From the IMG/VR virus record IMGVR_UViG_3300044510_000078: a stretch of 64,000 nt of DNA; one strand, 5' to 3'. Positions 44,208 to 53,771 of the stretch are shown here, one piece after another. A program made the translations under genes and the position numbers. The first letter of the stretch is position 1; every line of letters begins with the position of its first letter. This DNA is from a virus. The notes beneath the pieces were generated by a model, which was given only the letters and a program-made list of their open reading frames with translations, was not told the DNA's origin and ran no database searches.

Positions 44208-44820
44208 CCTTAAAGATTTCTGTTCATTTTTTCCGTATAAATGGAAAAACGTAATGGAAATAGGAGTAGGTTCTTGGGACATGAGCCGCGCAAAATATTT
44301 TCTAAATAACGAAGACTGCAAAGTTACGCTCATTGAGCCAAACAAGAATTTTTACAACACGTTAAATAAACATAGGAACGAACATAAAAACCTTGAAATT
44401 AAAAACTTAGCTATTGGAGATAGCGTTACGTGTCTAAAATTTTACGACTATGGGCAGGAATCATATCTGGAAGGAGTTATTCCCCCATTAAGTAAGTTCG
44501 GCCCAGCACCAACGGACAACGCTGCGCCCGTAAATGTCGTAACGATGAAAGAAATTGACGACGGCGCAATAGATATTCTCCTCGCCGACGTAGAAGGTTC
44601 TGAATGGTTTATTCTTAAAAATCTAATAAGCAGACCAAGAATCATAGCCCTAGAAACTCATTGCGAAGCAGAATACACAAATCCCAATATAGAAAAAATC
44701 TGGGACTGGATGAATAAAAATACATACAAGGTCTTATTTAAGAATACAACCGACTCTTTCTATATCCGAGGAGACGATTACGGATGGGGTAAAGGAGGAA
44801 ACACCAATTGGCGCTGTTAA
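44179..44820 (+). CDS. FkbM family methyltransferase
   Basis: EIGVG, LIEPN, NLAIGD, LLADVEGSE. Confidence 0.8.
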   Translation: MSIFLQSRINLKDFCSFFPYKWKNVMEIGVGSWDMSRAKYFLNNEDCKVTLIEPNKNFYNTLNKHRNEHKNLEIKNLAIGDSVTCLKFYDYGQESYLEGVIPPLSKFGPAPTDNAAPVNVVTMKEIDDGAIDILLADVEGSEWFILKNLISRPRIIALETHCEAEYTNPNIEKIWDWMNKNTYKVLFKNTTDSFYIRGDDYGWGKGGNTNWRC

Positions 44821-45632
44821 ACCCAATGAAAGCTTTAGGATTTAATCAAGGACAGTATGGGGATATTGTTATGGGGATTGTAGCAGCAAAACAATTTAAA
44901 AAGACATACCCAGACAGCTCATTAACGCTTTCCGTAAATAAAAAATATTCAGATATTTTGCCTCTTTTTTTAAATAACGAATATTTTAATAAATACATCA
45001 TTTGGGAAAACTATAATGATTGGCCATCTGCAAATGATTTAAAACTTTTAGAAGAGGAGGGTTTTAATGTAGTATTTAACCCAATGCCCAAACACGCGAG
45101 AGAAGACTGGTATCTTTTTAGACACCAGACTGATGAATTGTGCTTGATGCACGGATTACAAAGTCCAACAGACTCACAAATAGAATTAAAAACACACTTC
45201 AAAAGACAGCAAAAAGCAAAAAAAATCTGCCTCACCCTATCTGGAGAGACAAGGGGAAGCTGTAAATCTCTCAGTGGCGAACAGAAAATAAATCTTTGTA
45301 ATAGATTAAGAAAAGAAGGATTCACATTAATACAAATCGGAGCAAAAAATGAAGAAAAATACGGAGACATTCAAATTTCTGATTTTTTTATCGGAGCAAA
45401 AACGCTAGTAGAAACAGGACTGCTACTGACCGTTGACACCTGTTGGGCGTGGATAGCGTCTGGATACAAAGTTCCAACCGTCGGACTTTACGGATTCTCA
45501 TACTATCCAAACGCAAAAACAGCAAAAAACTGGATGCCAATTAACCCAAATGCAGAATATTTAGAGTCCACAAACGTCTCAAATATACAAATAGACGAAA
45601 TAATTACTTCAATTAAAAAACTTTATGATTAA
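44808..45632 (+). CDS. GT9-like glycosyltransferase
   Basis: GQYGDIVM, LIQIG, LLLTVDTCWAWIASGY.VPTVGLYG. Confidence 0.75.
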   Translation: MALLNPMKALGFNQGQYGDIVMGIVAAKQFKKTYPDSSLTLSVNKKYSDILPLFLNNEYFNKYIIWENYNDWPSANDLKLLEEEGFNVVFNPMPKHAREDWYLFRHQTDELCLMHGLQSPTDSQIELKTHFKRQQKAKKICLTLSGETRGSCKSLSGEQKINLCNRLRKEGFTLIQIGAKNEEKYGDIQISDFFIGAKTLVETGLLLTVDTCWAWIASGYKVPTVGLYGFSYYPNAKTAKNWMPINPNAEYLESTNVSNIQIDEIITSIKKLYD

Positions 45633-45975
45633 AATATCAGTAGATGAAGGGTATGCGTTTGATTTTTTATCAATCTTAACAATTAAAAAAGACAAAACAA
45701 ACAACAGACAAGCTGGAGTTTACGCCTTCGACACCGCGCTTTCCATTATTGAGCAACTTGGTGTTACAAGGTATTCGGAGATAATAGCTTCACGAGAATA
45801 CAAAAATCTGAATAAAGCAAACGAATTAGTTTTTGACCTAATTAACAAAATAAGAGACGGCGACGACTCTATATCAGCAAATCAAGTTGATACGGCAAAT
45901 AATTTGCGTTTTGAATGTAAAAAAGACCTGCAAAAAAGATTTTTTAATACTGAAACTAAAGAAATAAAAATATGA
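45625..45975 (+). CDS. hypothetical protein of glycosylation island
   Basis: ISVDEG..FDFLSILTIK...N..RF..K..IN-like pattern. Confidence 0.7.
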   Translation: MIKISVDEGYAFDFLSILTIKKDKTNNRQAGVYAFDTALSIIEQLGVTRYSEIIASREYKNLNKANELVFDLINKIRDGDDSISANQVDTANNLRFECKKDLQKRFFNTETKEIKI

Positions 45976-46634
45976 AACAATTTGGTATAAGAATGGACGG
46001 ATGCGAAGAGCCAATTGAACAGTTAATAAAAGAACGGTTATCGAACACCGAAAAAGAATTTAATTATCTCGAAATAGGCGTCGCAGAATGCAAAACGCTA
46101 TTAGCCGTCACGCAAATTATTTTAGAAAATAAATTTAATAAAAATTTTACAGTGATTGGATTAGACCTACCAACCTGCGGCTACGTTATGGACAATTTAA
46201 CAAATATTTCAAAAAAATTTCAAGAAATAGCCGATTTCTCCATTCTTTTTGATAACTCAAACGTTCAACCAGACACAGTATCTTTAATTTTAAATAAAAA
46301 CCCAAGAGAAGAAATAATCCCAAAATTAAACTGTGACCTAGACTTTGTGTTTATAGATGGATGCCACGGACGGAATTGTGTCGTTAGTGACTTTTTAGCG
46401 ATAGAAAAAAAAGTAAAACAAAACGGAATAGTCCTGTTCCACGATGTAGGATTAGAAGAGCAAGGAACAGACTGGCAAGACCATTGCAAGGAAAACATAA
46501 ACGTCAGACAAGCCGTGATTGATTTGGGACTTTGGGACGAAACGCGGGTTGGTTGGAAAATTTTAAAATATATAAACGGAACAAGAACAACTGGCGGATA
46601 TGGGAACAGTTGCGCCGCCTTCGTGAAGGATTAA
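45972..46634 (+). CDS. class I SAM-dependent methyltransferase (Methyltransf_24-like)
   Basis: YLEIGVA, DFVFIDGCH, VLFHD. Confidence 0.8.
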   Translation: MKQFGIRMDGCEEPIEQLIKERLSNTEKEFNYLEIGVAECKTLLAVTQIILENKFNKNFTVIGLDLPTCGYVMDNLTNISKKFQEIADFSILFDNSNVQPDTVSLILNKNPREEIIPKLNCDLDFVFIDGCHGRNCVVSDFLAIEKKVKQNGIVLFHDVGLEEQGTDWQDHCKENINVRQAVIDLGLWDETRVGWKILKYINGTRTTGGYGNSCAAFVKD

Positions 46635-46635
46635 C

Positions 46636-47232
46636 ATGGGGTCACTCAATAAACTTTGTCACTTGCTAGAGGAATTCGCCCCACGAAACCCTATATTTAT
46701 AGAAACCGGGACACACATGGGAAACGGAGTGCTTGAAGCTCAAAAATACCCATTCAAAAAAATAGCTTCCATCGAAATAATTCAAGGACAAGTTCTAAAA
46801 CTCAAAAATTTGTTTAAAACAGACATAAGAGTAGAAATTATATGTGATAACAGCCACCACGGACTTAAAAATTTGCTTCCTCAAATTACCGATAATGCTG
46901 TTTTTTGGCTAGACGCCCACTTCCCCGGCGCAGACTTAAACGTTGCGTCTTACACATCTGAAAAAGACAACGACATAAGACTACCGCTCGAAAAAGAACT
47001 AACGCTGATTAAAAATCTACGGAAAGAATTCAAAGATTTAATTTTATTTGATGACTTGTTTTTATACAAGGATAACGGAGCGCACGTAATGAAGGTTTGG
47101 GGAAACCGGCCAGAAATAATGCCCAAGCAAAGGTTTTCTGCTAACGAATTTTACAAAGATATTTTTAAGGAGACGCACGACTTCGAAGAACTAGACCAAC
47201 ACGAAGGCTACGGAATCCTTAGACCTAAATAA
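46636..47232 (+). CDS. methyltransferase-like protein
   Basis: FIETGT..GNG, SIEI, FWLDAH, ILFDD. Confidence 0.7.
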   Translation: MGSLNKLCHLLEEFAPRNPIFIETGTHMGNGVLEAQKYPFKKIASIEIIQGQVLKLKNLFKTDIRVEIICDNSHHGLKNLLPQITDNAVFWLDAHFPGADLNVASYTSEKDNDIRLPLEKELTLIKNLRKEFKDLILFDDLFLYKDNGAHVMKVWGNRPEIMPKQRFSANEFYKDIFKETHDFEELDQHEGYGILRPK

Positions 47233-47235
47233 GAT

Positions 47236-48069
47236 ATGCTAATTGACGCATTTCCATTTTGTAACGAATTAGACGTTTTAGATATTAGATTAAATACGTT
47301 AGATGCGTATGTTGACTATTTTATCCTTGTAGAAAGCGAAAAAACACAAACACTAAAAGACAAACCTCTCTATTTCGACAAAAATAAAGAAAGATACGCT
47401 CAATTTCTCAAAAAAATTGTTCATGTCAAAGTTTTGGGAAATGAGTGTTCTGGCCTAGACCCGACAACGTGGCAAATGGAACACTTTCAAAGAAATTGTA
47501 TCCAAAAAGGAATAAATACCATCCAAACAAAGCTCAATCTCACTGCACATGGAGAACATTATGTAATGATTTCCGATGCAGACGAAATTCCAAATTTAGA
47601 AATCTTATACAAAGCAACAAGTAGATGGGACTTGACTAAACCAATTAGCTTTGATATGACATATCATACATTTTATCTAAATCTTCTGACGAAAAACAAA
47701 AGATGGATTGGAACGGTTTTAGCACCGTTAAATACTATTGTCAATGCGACCCCACAAGGAGTAAGAAACTCAAAAGACAACATCGCTCAACAGATAAAAG
47801 GCGGCTGGCATCTGGGATATATGGGCGGAAAAGAGATGGTTTATAAAAAATTCTTTAACTGCGTAGAACCAATGGATAAAAGTCTTATTCCACCCTTTGA
47901 AGTTTTCTCCAAAGAATTTGACAGAAAAATTAAAAATACAGGTTCATTTTTATTTTCTGACAAAAAAGATGACTCCATTACCCTTGAAGAACATCCGGTA
48001 GAATACCCAACCCTACCTCAATACGTAATAGAAAACAAAGAAAAACTAAATCACCTAATTTTCAAATAG
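47236..48069 (+). CDS. GT17-like (beta-1,4-GlcNAc transferase) glycosyltransferase
   Basis: IDAFPFCNELDVLDIRL..L...VDYFILVES, EHFQRN, ISDADEIP, GWHLGY. Confidence 0.85.
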   Translation: MLIDAFPFCNELDVLDIRLNTLDAYVDYFILVESEKTQTLKDKPLYFDKNKERYAQFLKKIVHVKVLGNECSGLDPTTWQMEHFQRNCIQKGINTIQTKLNLTAHGEHYVMISDADEIPNLEILYKATSRWDLTKPISFDMTYHTFYLNLLTKNKRWIGTVLAPLNTIVNATPQGVRNSKDNIAQQIKGGWHLGYMGGKEMVYKKFFNCVEPMDKSLIPPFEVFSKEFDRKIKNTGSFLFSDKKDDSITLEEHPVEYPTLPQYVIENKEKLNHLIFK

Positions 48070-48079
48070 TCTAACCTAC

Positions 48080-49180
48080 ATGAAAGAAAAGGTTATTGTA
48101 ATTACTGGCATTCTAGGCATGGATGGCTCAAACATGGCGGAATATCTGCTTAAAAATGAACCAGATTTTAAAATAGTTGGAGTTCATCGTCGCTCTGCAA
48201 ATGCAAATTTTAAAAATATAAAAGCTTTTGACAATAACCCTAAATTTTCTTTAGACTACTTGGACCTAGCGGACAGCGTAAGCATAGAAACAGTTATCCG
48301 AAAATACTCTCCAATGTATTTTTTAAATTTTGGTGCTAATTCGTTTGTAGGTTGTAGTTGGGATATGCCGCTGCAAGTTATAGATGTAAACGCATTAGGG
48401 GTATTAAGATGCCTAGAGGCTATAAAACAACACTGCCCAACTTGTAGATTTTATTCAGCAGGAAGTTCCGAAGAGTTTGGGAACGTGGACTATTCGCCAC
48501 AAGACATAAAACACCCAATAAAACCAAGAAGCCCATACGGAGTATCAAAAGCTACAGCAAGACACATCGTTAAGGTTTATAGAGAGTCTTATGGACTATA
48601 TGCAGTGCATGGAATATTATTCAACCACGAAGGAAGTCGTCGTGGAATAGAATTCGTGACAAAAAAAATAACAAACGGCGCTGCAAGAATAGTTCAATCT
48701 ATTAAAAATAATCAAAAATTCGAGCCCATACAACTCGGAAACGTAGATGCAAAACGCGACTGGTCAGACTCTCGTGATTTTGTAGATGGCATCTGGAGAA
48801 TGATTAACCAAGAAAAATATCGCAAACCCAATTGCGGTATCTTTTTCCCAAAAGATTATGTCCTCGCTTCAGGACGAACTAACAGCGTCAGAAAATTTGT
48901 AGAAGTGGCGTTTGAAAAACTAAATTTTTTCCAAAATTTAAGATGGCAAGGAACTGGTCTTACAGAACAATTCACGGGAGATTTCATAAATAATACCGGC
49001 GAACCTTGGAGAGTTCCATTAGTCATTATCAATGAGAAGTTTTACCGACCAAACGAAGTAGAGCTTTTACTGGGGGATTCAACACCAGCAAGAGAAGAGT
49101 TACAGTGGAGTCCACAGATTTCGTTTGACAAACTTGTAGAAGATATGGTAAAATCAGACCTAGATGAAATCTCCAAATAA
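48080..49180 (+). CDS. gmd: GDP-mannose 4,6-dehydratase
   Basis: ITGILGMDGS, SSEEFG, PRSPYGVSK, GILFNHE..RRG.EFVT.KI, LGNVDAKRDW, FYRPNEVELLLGD. Confidence 0.93.
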   Translation: MKEKVIVITGILGMDGSNMAEYLLKNEPDFKIVGVHRRSANANFKNIKAFDNNPKFSLDYLDLADSVSIETVIRKYSPMYFLNFGANSFVGCSWDMPLQVIDVNALGVLRCLEAIKQHCPTCRFYSAGSSEEFGNVDYSPQDIKHPIKPRSPYGVSKATARHIVKVYRESYGLYAVHGILFNHEGSRRGIEFVTKKITNGAARIVQSIKNNQKFEPIQLGNVDAKRDWSDSRDFVDGIWRMINQEKYRKPNCGIFFPKDYVLASGRTNSVRKFVEVAFEKLNFFQNLRWQGTGLTEQFTGDFINNTGEPWRVPLVIINEKFYRPNEVELLLGDSTPAREELQWSPQISFDKLVEDMVKSDLDEISK

Positions 49181-49511
49181 ATACCAAAAATTAATTTTAA
49201 GATTTCTTAAAGACACAAAATATTTTAAACAAACCGAATGGAAAAGAGAAACCGCGCTGGCAAAAAAACTATTACTAGAAAATTCAATAGATTTTTGGAT
49301 GTCAGTTTCGCTGCCCTTTGAACTTAATTCTTTAGCTTGGTTTCTTACGCCAGAAGGCAAGACTCACGTAGCGGTTACAGAAAAGAAGCTTGTCCTAGAT
49401 TTGAAAAAAGAAGCTACATTCTCTATTATAGAAGAACCAAAACAAAGCGAAAATACAGAAGTTAAAAAACCTCAAACAATATTAGATTTTTTAAAACATG
49501 GCAAAACATAA
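49164..49511 (+). CDS. hypothetical protein
   Basis: 115-aa ORF. Confidence 0.7.
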   Translation: MKSPNKYQKLILRFLKDTKYFKQTEWKRETALAKKLLLENSIDFWMSVSLPFELNSLAWFLTPEGKTHVAVTEKKLVLDLKKEATFSIIEEPKQSENTEVKKPQTILDFLKHGKT

Positions 49512-50610
49512 ACAGACCGAAGAAGAAGAAAAGCCAAAAGAACTTTCTTCAGAACAACAAATAGATTCCTTTTTAAAGGATAATGAAGAGTTCCATTATA
49601 ATAATGTAATCCAACAAGACTACGCTGTTTCAAGCGGAAGCCTTAAAATGGACATAGAAATGGGAGGAGGATTACGCCCCGGCATAGTAAGATTCAGTGG
49701 AGTTACAGAGGGGGGTAAAACCTCCTGCGCTCTTTCATTTGCCCGCTCTTTTCAAAAGAATATACCAAATTCCAAAGTCGTTTACATTAAAGCAGAGGGT
49801 CGGCTATCTGAAGATATAATTTCAAGAGCAGGCATTAACACAGACAAAGACAAATGGTTTGTATTTAAATGCAATATTTACGAAACATCCGTGCAGCTTA
49901 TTAATGAGCTAATACATAATAATCCCACTAACAGAAAATATTTTTTTATAATTGATTCAATGGACTCTCTTAATTTAAAAGAGGACATGAATAGGGTGTT
50001 CGGAACCGCAAACAAAGTAGCAGGCGCAGCATACTTAACGGCAGATTTTTTAAAGAAAATGGCATTACCGCTTTCTTCTTTAGGACACACCTGTATAATG
50101 ATTTCGCAAATACGAACGGCGGTATCAATTAATCCATACGAAAAGAAAGACCCAAGAGTAACCAATGCGTCTGGGGGTAACGCGATGCTGCATTATAGTG
50201 ACTGGATTTTAGAATTCCAAACTAGGTATCGCTCTGACCTAATAACGTCACTCCCAGAGTTGAAAGGAGAAGTTTTAGGACATTTTTGTAAGATTATCTT
50301 TAGAAAATCCCCAAACGAAAAAACATACAAAGAAATATCATATCCGATTAAATACGGAAGAACGGGTGGCACAAGTATTTGGGTTGAATACGAAATAGCA
50401 GACCTGATGATAATGTTTGAAATGGTAAAGGTAAAAACCGCATGGATTACTGTAGAACCAGAAATCTTAGAAGAACTCAAAAAACAAAAATTTGAAATTC
50501 CAGAAAAAATTCAGGGACTTGATAACTTTAGGAAACTTTTAGAAACTAATGAAAACCTAACAAAATACCTATACCAAAAATTTGAAAAAGTTTTAAAGAA
50601 AAATACATGA
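49498..50610 (+). CDS. recA: RecA/UvsX-like recombinase
   Basis: SSGSLKMD...GGG, Walker A GVTEGGKT, IIDSMD, ISQIR, SGGNAMLHY. Confidence 0.88.
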   Translation: MAKHKQTEEEEKPKELSSEQQIDSFLKDNEEFHYNNVIQQDYAVSSGSLKMDIEMGGGLRPGIVRFSGVTEGGKTSCALSFARSFQKNIPNSKVVYIKAEGRLSEDIISRAGINTDKDKWFVFKCNIYETSVQLINELIHNNPTNRKYFFIIDSMDSLNLKEDMNRVFGTANKVAGAAYLTADFLKKMALPLSSLGHTCIMISQIRTAVSINPYEKKDPRVTNASGGNAMLHYSDWILEFQTRYRSDLITSLPELKGEVLGHFCKIIFRKSPNEKTYKEISYPIKYGRTGGTSIWVEYEIADLMIMFEMVKVKTAWITVEPEILEELKKQKFEIPEKIQGLDNFRKLLETNENLTKYLYQKFEKVLKKNT

Positions 50611-51023
50611 GACTAAAAAATACCTTTGGCAAATTGGTCTATAAAAACGTTTCAAAGCATATTATTGATTGGGAGGGAAAGTCGCGCTCCCTTCTTCAAT
50701 TTAAAACAAAACAATTTTTAAAACCATACTGGTGCGGACAAATCGTTTATGAAGAGTTTCCCGTGTATGGGACCAAAATGAAAGTTGACATTCTCAACGC
50801 TACAAAAAAAATAGCAATAGAAGTCAACGGCCCACAGCATAATTCATTTAATAAATTTTTTCACCAAAACTCACCAGAGAGATATTTAAAATCCATTAAA
50901 AGAGATTATTCCAAACGGCAATGGCTGGAGCTTAACGATTTTACACTTATAGAAATAGAAGAAGAAGAAATTGAATTACTCTCGGAGAATTTCTTTTTTA
51001 AGAAATTTAATGTCACACTATAA
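50607..51023 (+). CDS. Vsr/DUF559-like endonuclease
   Basis: EEFPV...VDIL...AIEVNGPQH...RD..KR. Confidence 0.7.
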   Translation: MRLKNTFGKLVYKNVSKHIIDWEGKSRSLLQFKTKQFLKPYWCGQIVYEEFPVYGTKMKVDILNATKKIAIEVNGPQHNSFNKFFHQNSPERYLKSIKRDYSKRQWLELNDFTLIEIEEEEIELLSENFFFKKFNVTL

Positions 51024-51026
51024 TTT

Positions 51027-51034
51027 AGTGTAAT
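51027..51034 (+). promoter_or_regulatory. AGTGTAAT motif
   Basis: 8 nt before ATG 51043. Confidence 0.5.
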
Positions 51035-51042
51035 TATATTTA

Positions 51043-51321
51043 ATGAATCTTATGCCAAAACACAAAGACTTCAAATTTCCGGAAAAACTTTTGTCTCAAA
51101 TTAATGAATGTTCTGGAGGAGGGTTTTGTATTTTTACCTTTGATGAATATGGTAAGCCTCAAGTTTACAGCCAATTTGATAATCCAATTTATGCAATGGC
51201 AATGCAATATTATATAGAGAATTGGACGGCAGCGGTTTCTAATGTTCAATTAAATACATTTTCAAATGCAGTTGACAGAGCTATCAATCCAGAATCAGGA
51301 GACGGTTCCGAAAAAGCATAG
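51043..51321 (+). CDS. hypothetical protein
   Basis: 92-aa ORF. Confidence 0.7.
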   Translation: MNLMPKHKDFKFPEKLLSQINECSGGGFCIFTFDEYGKPQVYSQFDNPIYAMAMQYYIENWTAAVSNVQLNTFSNAVDRAINPESGDGSEKA

Positions 51322-51326
51322 CAGAC

Positions 51327-51354
51327 TTGACAAAGCTTCAAACATCGCTATAAT
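51327..51354 (+). promoter_or_regulatory. sigma70-type promoter (leaderless dnaB)
   Basis: TTGACA-16-TATAAT, 6 nt before ATG 51361. Confidence 0.75.
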
Positions 51355-51360
51355 ACCATT

Positions 51361-52848
51361 ATGGCGAATAATTTAGTTTCCCTTCAAGTAGAAAAGCACG
51401 TATTAGGCGGTATAATTAAAAACCCAGATGTCTTCGCAGATATAGAGAGATTCGTTCAAGATTCTGATTTTTTTAACAGAGTCCATTCTGTATTATTCTC
51501 AATAATTAAACAGACCCTTTCTAAGCAAGAAAAAATAGACAAAATTATTCTCGCTCAAAAAATTAAAAATCTTGGAATTGTTTTTAAAGACGATATAGAT
51601 ATTTTCGACTATGTAGATTCAATTGCTTTCACACAAATTACGCCTACGGCGACAATAGACGCGGCCAAGGAGCTTGTAAAGCTAAGAGTATTAAGAGAGG
51701 TCTGCTCTACAAGCTCAGAAATAGAAAAATACGTCAGAGAAAACGCCAACGAACCGATAGAAAAACTCATAGCAAACGTAGATAGCATATATTCCAAAAA
51801 AATAGAATCTTATTCTTTTAACGACGAACCAGAAAATGTATTCGATAACCTAGCCGCTAGCGTGTTAGAAACTGGGAAAAACCCCAAAGACGAAACTGGA
51901 TTTAAAACGCCATTTAGTGAATTCAACAGATTATATGGCGGGTTGCGCCCAGCGAACATCTACGCTATCGCATCAAGGCCGGGACAGGGTAAAACAACAT
52001 TTCTTAACTACATAGCGTATAAAACAAGCATCATTAATAAAATCCCTGTTCTTGTTTTAGACACGGAAATGATGACTAAAGAAATACAATTCAGAAAAGC
52101 CGCCGCCCTCACCGGAGTCCCACTTTGGTATCTTGAAACGGGTAACTGGAACAGAAATGTAGAGCTTCGAGACAAAGTAACAAACGGACTCAACAAAATA
52201 GAAAAAACCCCATATTACCACCATCACATAGGTAACAGAAATATAGACGAAGTTTGCGCCATCATCCGAAGGTGGTATTGGAGCAGAGTTGGTAGGGGAA
52301 ACCCATGTTTAGTGGTATATGACTATTTAAAACTTACCGGAGAAAAAGTTGGCGCAAACTGGGCCGAACACCAAGCAATAGGAGAAAAAGTTGATAAGCT
52401 CAAGAAAATTTCAGAAGAAATCAATTGTCCAATTTTTACAGCTATTCAAATTAACAGAACTGGAGAAAATTTTAATAGAAGCGCCGACTCTGTTGTTGAC
52501 GACAGTTCTGTTCTCGCACTATCAGACAGGCTTCAATGGTTTGCGTCGTTCGTCTCTATTTTTAGAAGAAAAACCATAGACGAAATTGCCCTTGACGGAA
52601 CAGAGTTTGGAACACACAAGCTTGTTCCGCTAAAAACTAGATTTCAAGGAAAAGACGCCGCAGGACATCAAGACTTGGTGAGGAGAAGGCTTCCAGATGG
52701 CTCGCAAAGCTATGTTCAGAATTATCTAAGTTTTGATGTAAATAACTTTGCATTAACAGAACGTGGCTCGCTTAATGATATTATAGAACACCAAAGAGCA
52801 CAAATAACACCCGACGATGGAAGCCAAAACGACGGAGAAACTCTTTGA
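51361..52848 (+). CDS. dnaB: replicative DNA helicase
   Basis: EKHVLGGII, GGLRP, ASRPGQGKT, VVYDYL, AIQINR, SDRLQWFAS. Confidence 0.92.
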   Translation: MANNLVSLQVEKHVLGGIIKNPDVFADIERFVQDSDFFNRVHSVLFSIIKQTLSKQEKIDKIILAQKIKNLGIVFKDDIDIFDYVDSIAFTQITPTATIDAAKELVKLRVLREVCSTSSEIEKYVRENANEPIEKLIANVDSIYSKKIESYSFNDEPENVFDNLAASVLETGKNPKDETGFKTPFSEFNRLYGGLRPANIYAIASRPGQGKTTFLNYIAYKTSIINKIPVLVLDTEMMTKEIQFRKAAALTGVPLWYLETGNWNRNVELRDKVTNGLNKIEKTPYYHHHIGNRNIDEVCAIIRRWYWSRVGRGNPCLVVYDYLKLTGEKVGANWAEHQAIGEKVDKLKKISEEINCPIFTAIQINRTGENFNRSADSVVDDSSVLALSDRLQWFASFVSIFRRKTIDEIALDGTEFGTHKLVPLKTRFQGKDAAGHQDLVRRRLPDGSQSYVQNYLSFDVNNFALTERGSLNDIIEHQRAQITPDDGSQNDGETL

Positions 52849-53771
52849 ATAATTCAAACGTAAAAGACATACTACAAACGATAGGCTATACACCAAACGA
52901 ATTTGGTAGGTCGTTTAGATGCAAGCCCCTGTATAGGGATTCCGACAATGCCACAGTCCTTTGTGTTGACAAATCTACAGGCTGTTGGTATGATTTTAAA
53001 GAAGGAATTGGAGGCTCCCTAAATCAGCTTGTCAAGCTTACGCTTAAACTAAAATCAGACCAAGAAGCAGAAGATTTTTTATCTGAAAAAAAATATATTC
53101 AAGCTATAGAACCTCAAGAAGAACCGCTTATAACGCTTCCTAAAATCTTTCCACAAGAACAGCTTAAAAAGCTCGAACCAGAAACATCATACTGGAACAA
53201 ACGAGGGATTTCAAACGAAACGTTGTCAATATTTAAAGGCGGCATTGCTCTCGACGGAAGAATGTGTAATAGATATGTCTTCCCTATCCCAAATTCAAAG
53301 GGCGAAACCGTTGGATACTCAGGAAGAGATTTAACAAATAGCGATAAAAGACCAAAATGGAAACATATAGGGCATAAAAAAGAATGGTGTTATCCTCTTT
53401 TTTTTAATAAACAATTTATTGCTGACGGGAAAGAAGCGGTCATGGTAGAGAGTATAGGAGATATGCTTGCGCTTTGGGAGGCTGGAGTTAAGAATTCTAT
53501 TGTTACATTTGGGCTCAAAATTAATCCTAAAATTATTTCTTATCTTATTAAAATAGATATTTCTAAGATAATAATAGCCCTCAATAACGATAATCAAAAA
53601 AATTTTGCAGGAAATAAAGCCTCGAATGAAATGGAAGAACAACTGTCTAATCATTTTGACAGAAACCAACTATGTATAGCGCTGCCGTCTAAAAAAGACT
53701 TTGGAGAAATGGAGAAAGAAGAAATAAAAACATGGAAACAGAACCTAAAGTCCTCTCAGCTTCAAAAATAA
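52845..53771 (+). CDS. dnaG: DNA primase (TOPRIM)
   Basis: RYVFPI...VGYSGR, VESIGDMLAL, IALNND, KDFGE. Confidence 0.85.
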   Translation: MNNSNVKDILQTIGYTPNEFGRSFRCKPLYRDSDNATVLCVDKSTGCWYDFKEGIGGSLNQLVKLTLKLKSDQEAEDFLSEKKYIQAIEPQEEPLITLPKIFPQEQLKKLEPETSYWNKRGISNETLSIFKGGIALDGRMCNRYVFPIPNSKGETVGYSGRDLTNSDKRPKWKHIGHKKEWCYPLFFNKQFIADGKEAVMVESIGDMLALWEAGVKNSIVTFGLKINPKIISYLIKIDISKIIIALNNDNQKNFAGNKASNEMEEQLSNHFDRNQLCIALPSKKDFGEMEKEEIKTWKQNLKSSQLQK

